Shown: piece by piece, positions 46,818 through 56,767 of the stretch | Position numbering within the stretch: position 1 is the first letter of the stretch | How the letters are laid out: the number at the start of each line of letters is the position of its first letter | Origin: Candidatus Nanoarchaeia archaeon | GTDB lineage: Archaea; Nanobdellota; Nanobdellia; Tiddalikarchaeales; Tiddalikarchaeaceae | Reading direction: 5' to 3' | Assembly: GCA_041653395.1 (NCBI GenBank) | Contig: JBAZFK010000004.1 | Coordinates: forward strand, 5,307-69,306 | Length of the DNA: 64,000 nucleotides | Program-made: the position numbers and the translations under genes | The notes under the pieces: model-generated | What the model saw: only the letters and a program-made list of their open reading frames with translations | The model's database searches: none | Told to the model about the DNA's origin: nothing

Positions 46818-47410
46818 TTGAATATTTTGACTCAATAGATTTGGCAATAACAGGAAAAAGCTTTGTAAAAAAAGACCTATTCTTTAACCTTGCAAGAGTC
46901 AGAAAAATAAACCTGAAAAAATATCACATAATAGGCATTGATGACAAATTAGGGATACTTAAAATAATAATGATTCTTAAAAAGCAGGGTTTTAAAGCAA
47001 CAAGTTTTTGGATAAACAGGGAAAATTACTCAAAATATGATTCAAAATATTACGATTATGAGATTAATTCATTAAAAAGAGTCATTAAGTTCATTAAAGA
47101 CAAAAAAATAAAGAATCCATTAATACTCGCAGACTTTGACAATACTGTTGCAAGAGCCAACTATGAAGCAATACAAAGAAGCGCCAAGGAATCAAGCTTT
47201 TGGGAAAAAGTGCCTGTTAATTTTTTAACAACCTCTTTAGCAATACTCTTAGCGCCGTTCACTTACTTAACCATAATACTTGATTTAATCAAGCCATCAA
47301 ACACTCCCTACAGGGAATCAAAAGAGTTCAAGAATTTTATTATTAAAAAAAAAATAATGACCTGGGTAATAAGCTACAGGAATAAATACCTGCAAAAAAA
47401 ATATTTTTAA
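46814..47410 (+). CDS. Hypothetical protein. Start placed at the Met overlapping the ogg stop (ATGA).
   Basis: ORF only. No motif. Confidence 0.35.
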   Translation: MIEYFDSIDLAITGKSFVKKDLFFNLARVRKINLKKYHIIGIDDKLGILKIIMILKKQGFKATSFWINRENYSKYDSKYYDYEINSLKRVIKFIKDKKIKNPLILADFDNTVARANYEAIQRSAKESSFWEKVPVNFLTTSLAILLAPFTYLTIILDLIKPSNTPYRESKEFKNFIIKKKIMTWVISYRNKYLQKKYF

Positions 47411-48079
47411 TCATTTCTTTTTTTTCTTAGCTTCTTTGGCATAAACAATGTATGAATAGATTGTTGTGCCGATAATTACTAAAAATATTCCAACAATAAA
47501 CAAAGCAATTGACACTACCTCTGGCAAAAAATTGCAGGCAATAATTATTGCCCCAAAGACCATGAAAAAATAGCCGCCAACCCTGTGCGTTTTTTTCCAA
47601 ACTTTGTCAGATGAAAGAGTCCAAGGGTTCTTGATTCCCATGAACCAGTTAGGCTTAATATTTTTCAAAAATGAGCCTATAAAAATCATGAATAAACCTA
47701 TAGAACTTGTTGCAAGCAGAGTAATATTGATATTATATCCTAAATTATAAGCGCCAATTCCAATAAACATCATAAATAAAATAAGCAGTATCATTGCCTT
47801 AAACAAATGGTAAAATTTGCTAAAACCCTCATAATTCCTCTTTTTGGGGTCAATGTAAGGCAGCGCCAAAAATAATGCATACATTATTGACATCATCATT
47901 GGAAAAAGCCAGACCATGAACTCTTTATTGCTGTAGCCGTCAACCTCGCCTTTGAAATTCCAATGGCTTGCAATCACATCAGGAAGCAGGGAATAAAAAT
48001 AAATGCTGAAAAAAACAGCCAAGCCAATAATAATCAAAGGAACAGCTTCAGTCTTAAGGCTCGGCTTAATAGGATTCAT
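47411..48079 (-). CDS. DUF1648/SdpI-like membrane protein (immunity-protein family)
   Basis: ASHWNFKGEVDGY matches the DUF1648 signature (HWN..G..D). The rest of the protein is hydrophobic. Confidence 0.5.
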   Translation of the reverse strand: MNPIKPSLKTEAVPLIIIGLAVFFSIYFYSLLPDVIASHWNFKGEVDGYSNKEFMVWLFPMMMSIMYALFLALPYIDPKKRNYEGFSKFYHLFKAMILLILFMMFIGIGAYNLGYNINITLLATSSIGLFMIFIGSFLKNIKPNWFMGIKNPWTLSSDKVWKKTHRVGGYFFMVFGAIIIACNFLPEVVSIALFIVGIFLVIIGTTIYSYIVYAKEAKKKKK

Positions 48080-48113
48080 ACCAATAAAATAACTGCTTAG
48101 TGCTTAAAAAACT

Positions 48114-48995
48114 TTATTTATAAAACTCTTTAATCACTTCTTCAACAGGAATCTCCTTAATAGTCACAGTGTCAATGTCGATTTTTCCAAGAAATTTAGC
48201 AACATTATTCTTTTTCATCCTTTTTTCCTTAATAACTCCTTTGTCTTCCCATTTAATAATTACTTCATCAGGCTTGATTTTTGAGAATTCGCCGTCATAA
48301 ACAATTTTCCCCTTATTAATTATGATAAGTCTCTTGCACAAGTTTTCAATCTCGCTTAAGTCATGGCTGGTTAAAATAATAGTCGTATTCTCCTCTTCAT
48401 TAATTTTTTTCAGCAATTGAATAAAATTAAATTTGGCAATGATGTCCATCCCAATAGTCGGCTCATCTAAAAATAAAATATCAGGCTTATACACCAAACA
48501 GCTCACTAGTTCTGCTTTCATCTGCTGCCCCAAACTTAGCTTCCTGAACGGCTGGTTAATGAACTCATCAATATCTATAAGTTTATTCAGCTCTCTGATT
48601 CTTTTTTTAAGCACATCGCTGGAAACATTATAAAATGAGGAGATTAGCTCCAAATTATCCATTACGCTGATTTCAGGCCACATGCTTTTTCTCTGGCCAA
48701 ACACTACACCAACTTTTCTTAAATACTTCTTCCTTTCTCTAAAAGGCACAAAGCTGTTGCTTACAATCTCCCCAAAATCTGGATGCAAAATGCCAGTAAG
48801 CATCTTAATAGTAGTAGTTTTGCCAGCGCCGTTAGGGCCGATAAAGCCCACAAGCTCTCCTTTATTTATTGAAAATGAGATATTGTCAACAGCCTTAATA
48901 ATCTTATATTCAGGCTTAAGCAAATCCTTTAAAATTCCTTTTTTCTGCTTAACCTTATAATACTTTGACAGCTCTTTTACAGTAATTATTTCCAT
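48114..48995 (-). CDS. ABC transporter ATP-binding protein (ABC-2 subfamily)
   Basis: Walker A GPNGAGKTT, signature LSLGQQMK, Walker B ILFLDEPTIGMD, and an H-loop. Confidence 0.85.
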   Translation of the reverse strand: MEIITVKELSKYYKVKQKKGILKDLLKPEYKIIKAVDNISFSINKGELVGFIGPNGAGKTTTIKMLTGILHPDFGEIVSNSFVPFRERKKYLRKVGVVFGQRKSMWPEISVMDNLELISSFYNVSSDVLKKRIRELNKLIDIDEFINQPFRKLSLGQQMKAELVSCLVYKPDILFLDEPTIGMDIIAKFNFIQLLKKINEEENTTIILTSHDLSEIENLCKRLIIINKGKIVYDGEFSKIKPDEVIIKWEDKGVIKEKRMKKNNVAKFLGKIDIDTVTIKEIPVEEVIKEFYK

Positions 48996-49744
48996 CAGTA
49001 ACCAGCACTCCTGTACCTTTTTAACCCTAAATTAAAAATAATTATGAAAGCAGTTATTAATATTATGATAAACCCAAAATACACCCAGGCAAATGAAGGA
49101 TCTTTAAGCAATAACACTGGCCCAAAGCTAATCATGCATCCTGGGAAAATGAAAAGCCCAAAAAATTTCATGAAGTCATTAAAAATTCCAGGAGGATAGT
49201 TTGCAAAACCAATTATTAAGTCAAAGAATTCAAAATCATTATTGACATCTGTAAAGAAAGGAATGCAGGAAAACAGGCAAGTTGCCACATTGAATATTAC
49301 AGCGCTAAATATGCCAAAGACTATAATGAAAGGAATATTAGCAGGGTCATTTAAAAGCAATAGCACAATTAAAGGAATAATTTCTCCAATAACAGTTAAT
49401 CTTATCCTGTGTATTAATATGCTTAAATAAGCATTAATAGGTCTGATTAACAAAAAATCCAGTTCTCCTGAGATTATTTCATAGCTCATCTGGTCAGCTC
49501 CTTTGAAAAATCCTATTCCAAGAATGTAAGCAATCTGCATAATGGCAATGCCCATAATTATTTCATTATAACTTAATCCTCCAAGCCCATTATTAGTGTA
49601 AGCCAAATAAATAACTGTCCCATAAAATGCCAAATTAACAAAAAATATTGTCACAATGTCAAAAATGAAACTGAAGCGAAACTCGCTCAATGCTTTCAGA
49701 TTTACCTCTAAATATTTAATCAAATAATTAACCATTGGATTCAA
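48995..49744 (-). CDS. ABC-2 family permease
   Basis: Six TM helices. It is operonic with the ATPase, with overlapping start and stop. Confidence 0.6.
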   Translation of the reverse strand: MNPMVNYLIKYLEVNLKALSEFRFSFIFDIVTIFFVNLAFYGTVIYLAYTNNGLGGLSYNEIIMGIAIMQIAYILGIGFFKGADQMSYEIISGELDFLLIRPINAYLSILIHRIRLTVIGEIIPLIVLLLLNDPANIPFIIVFGIFSAVIFNVATCLFSCIPFFTDVNNDFEFFDLIIGFANYPPGIFNDFMKFFGLFIFPGCMISFGPVLLLKDPSFAWVYFGFIIILITAFIIIFNLGLKRYRSAGY

Positions 49745-50492
49745 GCCTCTTATACACGAATTTTCTAATAATTAGATTAAGAAAAATGAAAAAAGCCAAA
49801 TAAAAAACAAACAAGCCAAAGTAAGGGAAAGTGCCTCCAATAATATATTCAAGAGGTGCTCCGAAGAAAAAAAATTGCGGAATAAGCTTCACAATGCTAG
49901 GGAAATATTTCACAGAAACTAGCCCACCACCTATGAAATAACTAAGCATTGAATACATAGAGTTCAATCTCCCAAGCTTTTCAAAAATAAGGCTTAAATA
50001 GCAGAAAATTGAATTGTTTAAAAACATGAAGAGCACAGCAAAAGGAATAACCAATAAAGCCCTTAATAAGAACTCTAAAGGAATCGTGAATGAAGCAATC
50101 AAATTTAGTATAAAGAAGAATATTAATGCATTAATGATTGCCTTGTAAACTTTGTGCGAAAAAAACTTCAAAAGCATGTAAACAACGAAATCATAAGGCT
50201 TAACTAAGTGAACATTAATGTTTCCGCTAATGACCTCCCTTTCAATCTCCCTTGCAACATTTCCTCTTTGAAAAGAATTAATAATTGCATTGCCAAAGAA
50301 ATAATAGATCAATAGCTCATTCATTGAAGAAAACACTGGATTAACATTGTTCAAATAAATCCCCAAAAATATTGAAAAAAGCCCCTGAAATACGAGCGAA
50401 ACATTTTCTAAAATTATTTCATTCAAATAAAACACTCTGCTCTCAAGAGTTTTTATAAAAACAACGAAATAAGACATAAATAATTTTAGCAA
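49728..50492 (-). CDS. ABC-2 family permease (second membrane subunit)
   Basis: Six TM helices. Its stop overlaps the downstream permease's start. Confidence 0.55.
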   Translation of the reverse strand: MLKLFMSYFVVFIKTLESRVFYLNEIILENVSLVFQGLFSIFLGIYLNNVNPVFSSMNELLIYYFFGNAIINSFQRGNVAREIEREVISGNINVHLVKPYDFVVYMLLKFFSHKVYKAIINALIFFFILNLIASFTIPLEFLLRALLVIPFAVLFMFLNNSIFCYLSLIFEKLGRLNSMYSMLSYFIGGGLVSVKYFPSIVKLIPQFFFFGAPLEYIIGGTFPYFGLFVFYLAFFIFLNLIIRKFVYKRLESNG

Positions 50493-50596
50493 TGTTAAAT
50501 TAAAACTTTTTCCAAAAAACTTATTTTATAACCAAAATGTAATATTAAGGAGGTTTAATCATTCATTAAAAATTGTTCCTTAATATGATGGAATAC

Positions 50597-51550
50597 TCAA
50601 CACTTAAGCAGCTTATCTTTAAGCAAATTCTTAATCAATTTAACTTCAGAGCTTATGAAGAATCTTTTTTTGTCAGTAGATTTTTTAAAATAACTATAAA
50701 ACCATGCGAACTCGCAGCATGAGCCAAAAATTATCAAATCAATTATTGAATCTTTTTCATCCTTTTTTAAAGGATTAAGCTTCTCATATTCTTTTATAAT
50801 AATCTCTGAGCATTTTTTGTTAATCTTAGTGCTGACACAACTAAATTTTATTGCTTGGCTCAAATCATAGATTCTTGGAGCCACTTGCAAATTCTCAAAA
50901 TCAATTATGCCAACAATCTTATTTTTGTCAAAAACAACATTCCCTAGGTTAAAATCAGAATGAGTTACAAGCAAATTTTTGCTGATTTTCTTTTTTGAAA
51001 ACTCATTCAGGGCTTTTTCAAAAATTGAGACATTTTCATAGACTAATCTGTCAATCTCATTCTTTGGCTTTATTTTTTTGAATTTTTCATACTCACATCT
51101 AACCCAATCAAGATCAAAGATTTTATTGCCTTTTTTAATCTTAAAACCTCTTATGTATTTATGGTAAATAGCTATTGCTTTTCCCAATTCTTTCAATATT
51201 TCATTGTTGATTTTTCTGCCGCAAGTGCCTTTTATTTTTTCATAAACCCATAAAGTTTTCTTGTTAATTCTTAGCACTTCCTTTTTTTCATTGCTCAAAA
51301 TAGGGTAAGGCAATTTGTAAGGGAATTTTTTTAGCTTCAAATACTTAATTACTTTGAATTGGAACTCAAGCTTTTTTTCCCTATAATCATCCCACTTTTT
51401 TCCCAAACCTCTTATTATATAGTCTCCTTTGTCAGTTTTGATGCTAAAATTGTAATTAACCAATCCCTTAGCCATCAATTTTACTGATTTAACATTGCCT
51501 AAATTGTAAGATTTGGCTATTTTTTTAATCTCAAGTTTTGATAATTGCAT
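50597..51550 (-). CDS. Phosphotransferase-family (APH/choline-kinase fold) small-molecule kinase
   Basis: The Brenner motif is HSDFNLGNVVF (HxDxxxxN). IIDFE is a DFG-like metal loop. Length is 317 aa. Confidence 0.6.
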   Translation of the reverse strand: MQLSKLEIKKIAKSYNLGNVKSVKLMAKGLVNYNFSIKTDKGDYIIRGLGKKWDDYREKKLEFQFKVIKYLKLKKFPYKLPYPILSNEKKEVLRINKKTLWVYEKIKGTCGRKINNEILKELGKAIAIYHKYIRGFKIKKGNKIFDLDWVRCEYEKFKKIKPKNEIDRLVYENVSIFEKALNEFSKKKISKNLLVTHSDFNLGNVVFDKNKIVGIIDFENLQVAPRIYDLSQAIKFSCVSTKINKKCSEIIIKEYEKLNPLKKDEKDSIIDLIIFGSCCEFAWFYSYFKKSTDKKRFFISSEVKLIKNLLKDKLLKC

Positions 51551-51580
51551 GATAATATTATTGATTATTATTTTAAAAAA

Positions 51581-52381
51581 TTATTTTAAAAGTTTTTTTA
51601 GGTCAATAATAAATTCTTTGAATAATCCTATTTTTTTGTCAATTGTTTTTTTGTCATTTCCTATTTTTGCCATTTCAACCAATCTTTCTAGGCATAATTT
51701 AGGCTTAACCTTAAAATTAGGCAAATACTTGTAAACCCATTTCTTGTTCATTAAAAAAGTGTTATTCAATGCAAACAATATGGAATAAATGCTCACCAAG
51801 CTTTCAGAAAAAATGTTTGAAACAAACAAATCATTATTTCTTAGTATTTCAATATTAATAGCGCCTTTTTCTAGAAAAAAATTATATTCCAAATCTTTCA
51901 TTAAAGAATAGCTGTTCATTTTGAATTTTTCCAATATTGACTTTTTTATCTCTTTTTGAGATTTCTTAAAAACACCTAGTTTGTCAAAATAATATTTCGA
52001 ATTTCCCAAAAAAACGTAAGCACTTCTTTGCATGTAATAATCCATTGGCAATATATGAATATAATTCTTTAAATCATGCATCATCCATTTAGTTTCAACA
52101 AACAAAAGCATTATCTTAACTCCCTTATATTTAACATCTAAACGTATAGGCCAATTTGAATTACAAACTATTTCAAAATATTCTAATCCTTTAAGCAACT
52201 TTTTAACCTCTTGAATTGTTAATTTAGAATTGCAGTAAATCATAGTATCAACATCTGAATAATTATCAGAAAAACCCTGCATTAAGCTTCCATGAACCTG
52301 CATTGCATCAATTTTAGCAGACTTTTGTAATTTTTTAGAAAATTCTTTTCCAAAACCAATAAGAGTATCAGTTATATTCAT
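51581..52381 (-). CDS. Pol-beta-superfamily nucleotidyltransferase (ANT/KNTase-like two-domain layout)
   Basis: HGSLMQGFSDNYSDVDTMIY carries the GS...DxD nucleotidyltransferase motif. The C-terminal half is helical. Confidence 0.55.
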   Translation of the reverse strand: MNITDTLIGFGKEFSKKLQKSAKIDAMQVHGSLMQGFSDNYSDVDTMIYCNSKLTIQEVKKLLKGLEYFEIVCNSNWPIRLDVKYKGVKIMLLFVETKWMMHDLKNYIHILPMDYYMQRSAYVFLGNSKYYFDKLGVFKKSQKEIKKSILEKFKMNSYSLMKDLEYNFFLEKGAINIEILRNNDLFVSNIFSESLVSIYSILFALNNTFLMNKKWVYKYLPNFKVKPKLCLERLVEMAKIGNDKKTIDKKIGLFKEFIIDLKKLLK

Positions 52382-52418
52382 TAACCATTAAACACTTTTT
52401 AAATTAATAAATGATTAG

Positions 52419-52492
52419 GTTCCGAGCCGGAATTCGAATCCGGGTCAACAGGGCCACAACCTATTATCCTAACCAGCTAGACTACTCGGAAC
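52419..52492 (-). tRNA. tRNA-His (anticodon GUG) with an encoded G-1
   Basis: The reverse complement folds by hand. G-1 pairs with C73. The acceptor TTCCGAG pairs with CTCGGAA. The anticodon stem ATAGG/CCTGT has loop TTGTGGC containing GTG. The T-arm is CCGGA-TTCGAAT-TCCGG. Confidence 0.8.
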
Positions 52493-52533
52493 AAGCTAAT
52501 TATTAAAGGAGTTTTTCGGTTTTAAAAAGTTAA

Positions 52534-52884
52534 TTATTTGCAATTCCTGCACTTCCCTTTTTCATGAATGCTTATTAATCCTTTGCATTCAGGGCAAGCC
52601 ATTCTTTTAGTTTCAGAGTTTATGAATTTTATAGGCCCGAATTTCTTGATAAATTCCAAATTTTCAATTAAATTAGTATTATACATTTTAATGTATTTAT
52701 CATTGAGCTGTTTCATATAAGGTCCCGGAAATTTTTTGGATTCGAACGCGAACCTCACATCTTTAACTTCAGTCTTTACTCTGCATTTATACTTTTTAGG
52801 CAGGCATCCAGTGCAGTTGCCGTCCATGAATCTTGAGCAGGTAGAGCAGTAAATCCCGCAGCAGCTGACCAAGTCTGAGTCCAT
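52534..52884 (-). CDS. DUF3795-like cysteine-rich zinc-binding protein
   Basis: CCGIYCSTCSRFMDGNCTGC at the N-terminus and CPECKG...CRNCK at the C-terminus. Confidence 0.45.
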   Translation of the reverse strand: MDSDLVSCCGIYCSTCSRFMDGNCTGCLPKKYKCRVKTEVKDVRFAFESKKFPGPYMKQLNDKYIKMYNTNLIENLEFIKKFGPIKFINSETKRMACPECKGLISIHEKGKCRNCK

Positions 52885-53605
52885 GATTAAAACAATATTT
52901 TATATCTTATTAATTTTTACAAATGTTTTTATAATAAGAAAATTATCCAAAAAGCTGATGAAAACCGGAATGGACATATTAATTGATATTGCTAAAAAAG
53001 CCAATAATGGGGCCGAAGTAGTTCCATCAGTTTGGTATTATAGTGGCAATTGCATCAATAATTATGAGCTAAGATACAAGGCAGCAAATATTTATTGCAC
53101 TGTCAAAACAACTCTTGAAGTATCAGACATTGAATCCCTTATTGAAAAGCCTTTAGGAAGGTACGGGCTAAGTTCCATAACTTTAGATGATGAAAAATGC
53201 TTTATGATAAATGAAGACAATTACGAGTGCTATCTGATGCCTTTAAAAAAAGTTGAAGGAGTGTTCAGAAAAAATGAAAATAATTTCAACAAATTTTTGT
53301 CCCCTTCAATCAAATATGCAGTTATTTGCCCTGAAATTAAAATAACTTTTCCTTACCACAAAAGCTGGAGATTAACTGACAGCTCTGTAGTAATAGAGGG
53401 AGACTCTGAAATTGAGCTAAACTCAAACCAGTGGAAGGCAGAGAGCTTGGACAAAAAACTGGACACTTTAAGTGGAATTTCAGAGCAGATAGTTTCATTC
53501 ATGATGATTTTATCAAGGCATCAGGATGAAATAGAAACCCTGTACAGTCATTACAAAAGCTTGAACAGCAAATTTGAGGCAAAAAATTCTGCAGTTAAAA
53601 AATGA
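52883..53605 (+). CDS. Hypothetical protein with an N-terminal membrane anchor
   Basis: ORF only. Confidence 0.35.
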   Translation: MIKTIFYILLIFTNVFIIRKLSKKLMKTGMDILIDIAKKANNGAEVVPSVWYYSGNCINNYELRYKAANIYCTVKTTLEVSDIESLIEKPLGRYGLSSITLDDEKCFMINEDNYECYLMPLKKVEGVFRKNENNFNKFLSPSIKYAVICPEIKITFPYHKSWRLTDSSVVIEGDSEIELNSNQWKAESLDKKLDTLSGISEQIVSFMMILSRHQDEIETLYSHYKSLNSKFEAKNSAVKK

Positions 53606-53660
53606 AAGCATCTTGATTAATTTTTTTTCATATTATTATAGCATAACTAGTTATTGATAG

Positions 53661-54017
53661 TTATATTGATTTTTTAATCCACTCCATTAATGCTGCTTTT
53701 GGCATGAATCCAACTGTTTCCGCAACCACTTTTCCATTCTTGAAAATCTTTAAAGCAGGTATTGACTGCACTTCATAATCCATGCAAATTTTAGGGCAGC
53801 TAGCAGTGTCAGCTTTAGCAACAACTAATTTTTTGCTCATTTCTTCTGCAATTTCTTCAATTATAGGGCTTAGCATCCTGCAGGGAGGGCACCAAGTTGC
53901 CCAGAAATCAACCAATACTGGTAAAATTTTTGACTTTTCAACAACTTCTTTATTGAAATTACTATCATTAACAATTATTTCCATGGCAAAAACTATAATT
54001 TTAGGGTTTAAAACCAT
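53661..54017 (-). CDS. trx: Thioredoxin
   Basis: The active site is WATWCPPCR in a ~110-aa thioredoxin-fold protein. Confidence 0.85.
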   Translation of the reverse strand: MVLNPKIIVFAMEIIVNDSNFNKEVVEKSKILPVLVDFWATWCPPCRMLSPIIEEIAEEMSKKLVVAKADTASCPKICMDYEVQSIPALKIFKNGKVVAETVGFMPKAALMEWIKKSI

Positions 54018-54072
54018 TATTGCTATTGAATGAACAATTATTTAAAATTCAAAAAATCATTTAATTAATTAA

Positions 54073-54143
54073 GCAGCTGTAGTTCAGTGGTAGGACATGA
54101 GCTTCCCAAGCTTAGGACCCGGGTTCAACTCCCGGCAGCTGCA
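54073..54143 (+). tRNA. tRNA-Gly (anticodon CCC)
   Basis: The acceptor GCAGCTG pairs with CAGCTGC and the discriminator is A. The D-arm is GTTC-AGTGGTA-GGAC. The anticodon stem TGAGC/GCTTA has loop TTCCCAA. The T-arm is CCGGG-TTCAACT-CCCGG. Confidence 0.8.
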
Positions 54144-54148
54144 TAAGA

Positions 54149-54580
54149 TTATTTGCCTAATTTTCTGATAAGATCATTTGCAACAGCATCATTTTTTATA
54201 CCGTTTAAATAATAAGTTTTGTTTGCCAAGGTTTCAATATAAATATTGGTTATGCCTAACATTTTTTCAAGCAAAGTGCTGCAGCAACCAAGTTTCTTAA
54301 TGTCCTTGTAGCTAACCTGGACTGATTCGCTTCCCTCCTTTATATACAAATGATTCTTTAAAAAATAGTAATTAGTAGTATTCCATTTGTAAAACAAGTA
54401 AACTAATCCCAGGTATGGAATAATTATTGCCATATTCAAAAAAAACTTAATTAAGCTGTAATAAAAGCTGGTGTTTATCAAAAAAGATGCAGTTAACATG
54501 AAAGAAGCGAATATGAAAAAGAAGCCGTATTTCACAAACCAATACAACATTACTCTTTTTTTAGGCTTATATTCTTTCAT
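54149..54580 (-). CDS. Membrane protein with a bacterial-type PH (bPH_2/YdbS-like) domain
   Basis: Two N-terminal TM helices are followed by a short beta-rich domain typical of bPH_2. Confidence 0.45.
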   Translation of the reverse strand: MKEYKPKKRVMLYWFVKYGFFFIFASFMLTASFLINTSFYYSLIKFFLNMAIIIPYLGLVYLFYKWNTTNYYFLKNHLYIKEGSESVQVSYKDIKKLGCCSTLLEKMLGITNIYIETLANKTYYLNGIKNDAVANDLIRKLGK

Positions 54581-55056
54581 AATAACAAAAAGTAAATTCC
54601 TGCAGCTGCTCCCACTATTACCAACACTAACAAAGCTATTAAAATTATCTTTTTTGTGTTTTTTTTTGCCTGTATAGGTTTCTCGCTTACAGTATTAATA
54701 ATTCCATTGCTTATATTGTCATTAGTTTCTTTTTTGCCGTCATTAATGTTGAAGATAGGTTGGGTTAAAACTTTTTTGTCAGCAAAAATTTCATCTTTAG
54801 ATTCTTGTTCAACAACAGGTTCATTAACTTTAGCGCTAAAGTCAACAGCAGTTTTTTCAGGTTCAGGAACTGCAGCATCCCCTTTTTTTTCATAATTTTC
54901 AAGAATTTTAAGCTTTGATTCATAAAAATCAGGAAATTTTTCCTTGTAAAAATCCATGTATTTTTTAAAATTAGGGTTATTTTGCTCCTTAAAACCTTTT
55001 ATTTTGTAAATTATTTCATCTTCACTTGCCATATGTAAAAAGTAATATTTACCCAT
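54577..55056 (-). CDS. Hypothetical tail-anchored protein (C-terminal TM helix)
   Basis: ORF only. Acidic low-complexity middle region, then a C-terminal TM helix. Confidence 0.35.
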   Translation of the reverse strand: MGKYYFLHMASEDEIIYKIKGFKEQNNPNFKKYMDFYKEKFPDFYESKLKILENYEKKGDAAVPEPEKTAVDFSAKVNEPVVEQESKDEIFADKKVLTQPIFNINDGKKETNDNISNGIINTVSEKPIQAKKNTKKIILIALLVLVIVGAAAGIYFLLL

Positions 55057-55107
55057 TTATAAATTATTTTGTAATCTATTTAAATAACCCTTGCCTAGTA
55101 ATAATTC

Positions 55108-56766
55108 ATGCAAATGGCAGTAGAGCAGCTAAAAAAGCTGTTAAGCATAGAAGATAAGGATATAAGCATTCCTCCAACTCCCGAAATGGGTGATTTATCA
55201 ACAAATATTGCTTTTAAATTAAGCAAGGAAAAAAACGAGAACCCAAACATTACCGCAATTAACCTAATGAGCACAATTGATTTGTCAAAAACGATTTTTT
55301 CAAAGGCAAAAGCTTTCGGGCCTTACATTAATTTTTATATTGATTATGAAAAATTGGCAAAGAAAACATTAAAAGAGGCTATGGAAAAAAATTATGGAGA
55401 TGCTAAAGCATTAAACAAGAATGTTTTAATAGAATTCCCAAATCCCAACACGAACAAGCCTTTGCATATTGGGCATTTGCTTCAAACATTAATAGGCACA
55501 TCAATGTCAAGAATAATAGAATCCTATGGCTACACTGTGAAAAGGCTGAATGTTTACAATGACAGGGGAATGCATATTTGCAAATCAATGCTTGCCTACC
55601 AAAAATGGGGAAAAGGAAAGCTTCCAAATAAAAAGCCAGACCATTTTGTGGGAGAATATTATGTGATGTTTGAAACTAAAAAAAGCGAAGAATTGGAAAA
55701 AGAATGCGAGCAAATGCTAATAGAATGGGAGTCAGGGAACAAAAAAGTCAGGGCTTTATGGAAGAAGATGAATTCCTGGGCTTACAAAGGTTATAATGAA
55801 ACTTTTGCAAGAATAGGAATAGACAAGTATGATAAAATCTATTATGAGAGCGATTTTTATGACAAAGGGAAAGAAATAGTTCTTAACGGATTAAAGCAGG
55901 GGATTTTTGGAAAAGAAGATGATGGGGCAATCTATTGTTTGATGAAAGACAACACAAAAAAATATTTGCTAAGAAGCAACTCAACAACTCTTTATGCCAC
56001 CCAAGATTTAGCACTGGCAAAAATCAAGGAAAAAGACTACAATTTTGAAAAATCAATTTATCTGACAAGCAATGAGCAGAACCATTATTTCAAGCAATTG
56101 TTTGAAATTTTAGGTAGACTAAAATTAAAGTCAGCTGATAAATTGATTCATCTGGGAACCGGAACAATTGCTTTGCCAACAGGAAAGATGAAAAGCAGGG
56201 AAGGAAAAATTGTTGACGTTGACAGCTTAATTGATGAAATGAATCTTGTTGCATTAAAAGAGGTAAAAAACAGGAAAGTAAAACTTGGACAGAAAGAAAT
56301 TGAGAAAATCGCGCTTTCAGCAATAAAGTATCACCTGCTAAGAACAACAATGACTAAGGACACAATATTTAACCCTGAGGAAGCAATAAGCTTTGAAGGA
56401 AACACCGGACCCTACATTCTTTATTCCTTGGTGAGAGCTAAAAAAATAGCAATTAAATCAAGCAAAAAAAGCAAGGAACTTAAATCAAGCTTACTTGAAG
56501 CAAAAGAAGAAAAAGAATTAATAAAGCTAATTTCATCACTGCCTGAGGAGATTAAAAAAAGCTACGAAGCAATGTCACCCCATATTTTATGCACTTATGC
56601 TTACTCTCTTGCAAAAGCATTCAATTCATTCTATGAAGCATGTCCAATATTAAACACTGAAGATGAAAAGCTAAAAAATGCAAGGATTATCCTTACAAAA
56701 ACCTTCATGAACACAATTGAAAAAGCATTATATTTGCTTGGAATAGATTCAGTTAAAGAGATGTAA
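55108..56766 (+). CDS. argS: Arginyl-tRNA synthetase
   Basis: The HIGH motif is PLHIGHLLQ. The KMSK-equivalent is GKMKSREGK. Length is 552 aa. Confidence 0.9.
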   Translation: MQMAVEQLKKLLSIEDKDISIPPTPEMGDLSTNIAFKLSKEKNENPNITAINLMSTIDLSKTIFSKAKAFGPYINFYIDYEKLAKKTLKEAMEKNYGDAKALNKNVLIEFPNPNTNKPLHIGHLLQTLIGTSMSRIIESYGYTVKRLNVYNDRGMHICKSMLAYQKWGKGKLPNKKPDHFVGEYYVMFETKKSEELEKECEQMLIEWESGNKKVRALWKKMNSWAYKGYNETFARIGIDKYDKIYYESDFYDKGKEIVLNGLKQGIFGKEDDGAIYCLMKDNTKKYLLRSNSTTLYATQDLALAKIKEKDYNFEKSIYLTSNEQNHYFKQLFEILGRLKLKSADKLIHLGTGTIALPTGKMKSREGKIVDVDSLIDEMNLVALKEVKNRKVKLGQKEIEKIALSAIKYHLLRTTMTKDTIFNPEEAISFEGNTGPYILYSLVRAKKIAIKSSKKSKELKSSLLEAKEEKELIKLISSLPEEIKKSYEAMSPHILCTYAYSLAKAFNSFYEACPILNTEDEKLKNARIILTKTFMNTIEKALYLLGIDSVKEM

Positions 56767-56767
56767 A

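Noticed and set aside
50575-50600. AUGAUGG motif that might start a C/D sRNA between the ABC permease and the kinase gene
   Set aside because: No D' or D box and no terminal stem.
51581-52381. Possibility that the nucleotidyltransferase is the MNT partner of a HEPN/MNT toxin-antitoxin pair
   Set aside because: No Rx4-6H HEPN motif was found in this protein or its neighbour. The neighbour is a 317-aa kinase-fold protein, not a small HEPN.
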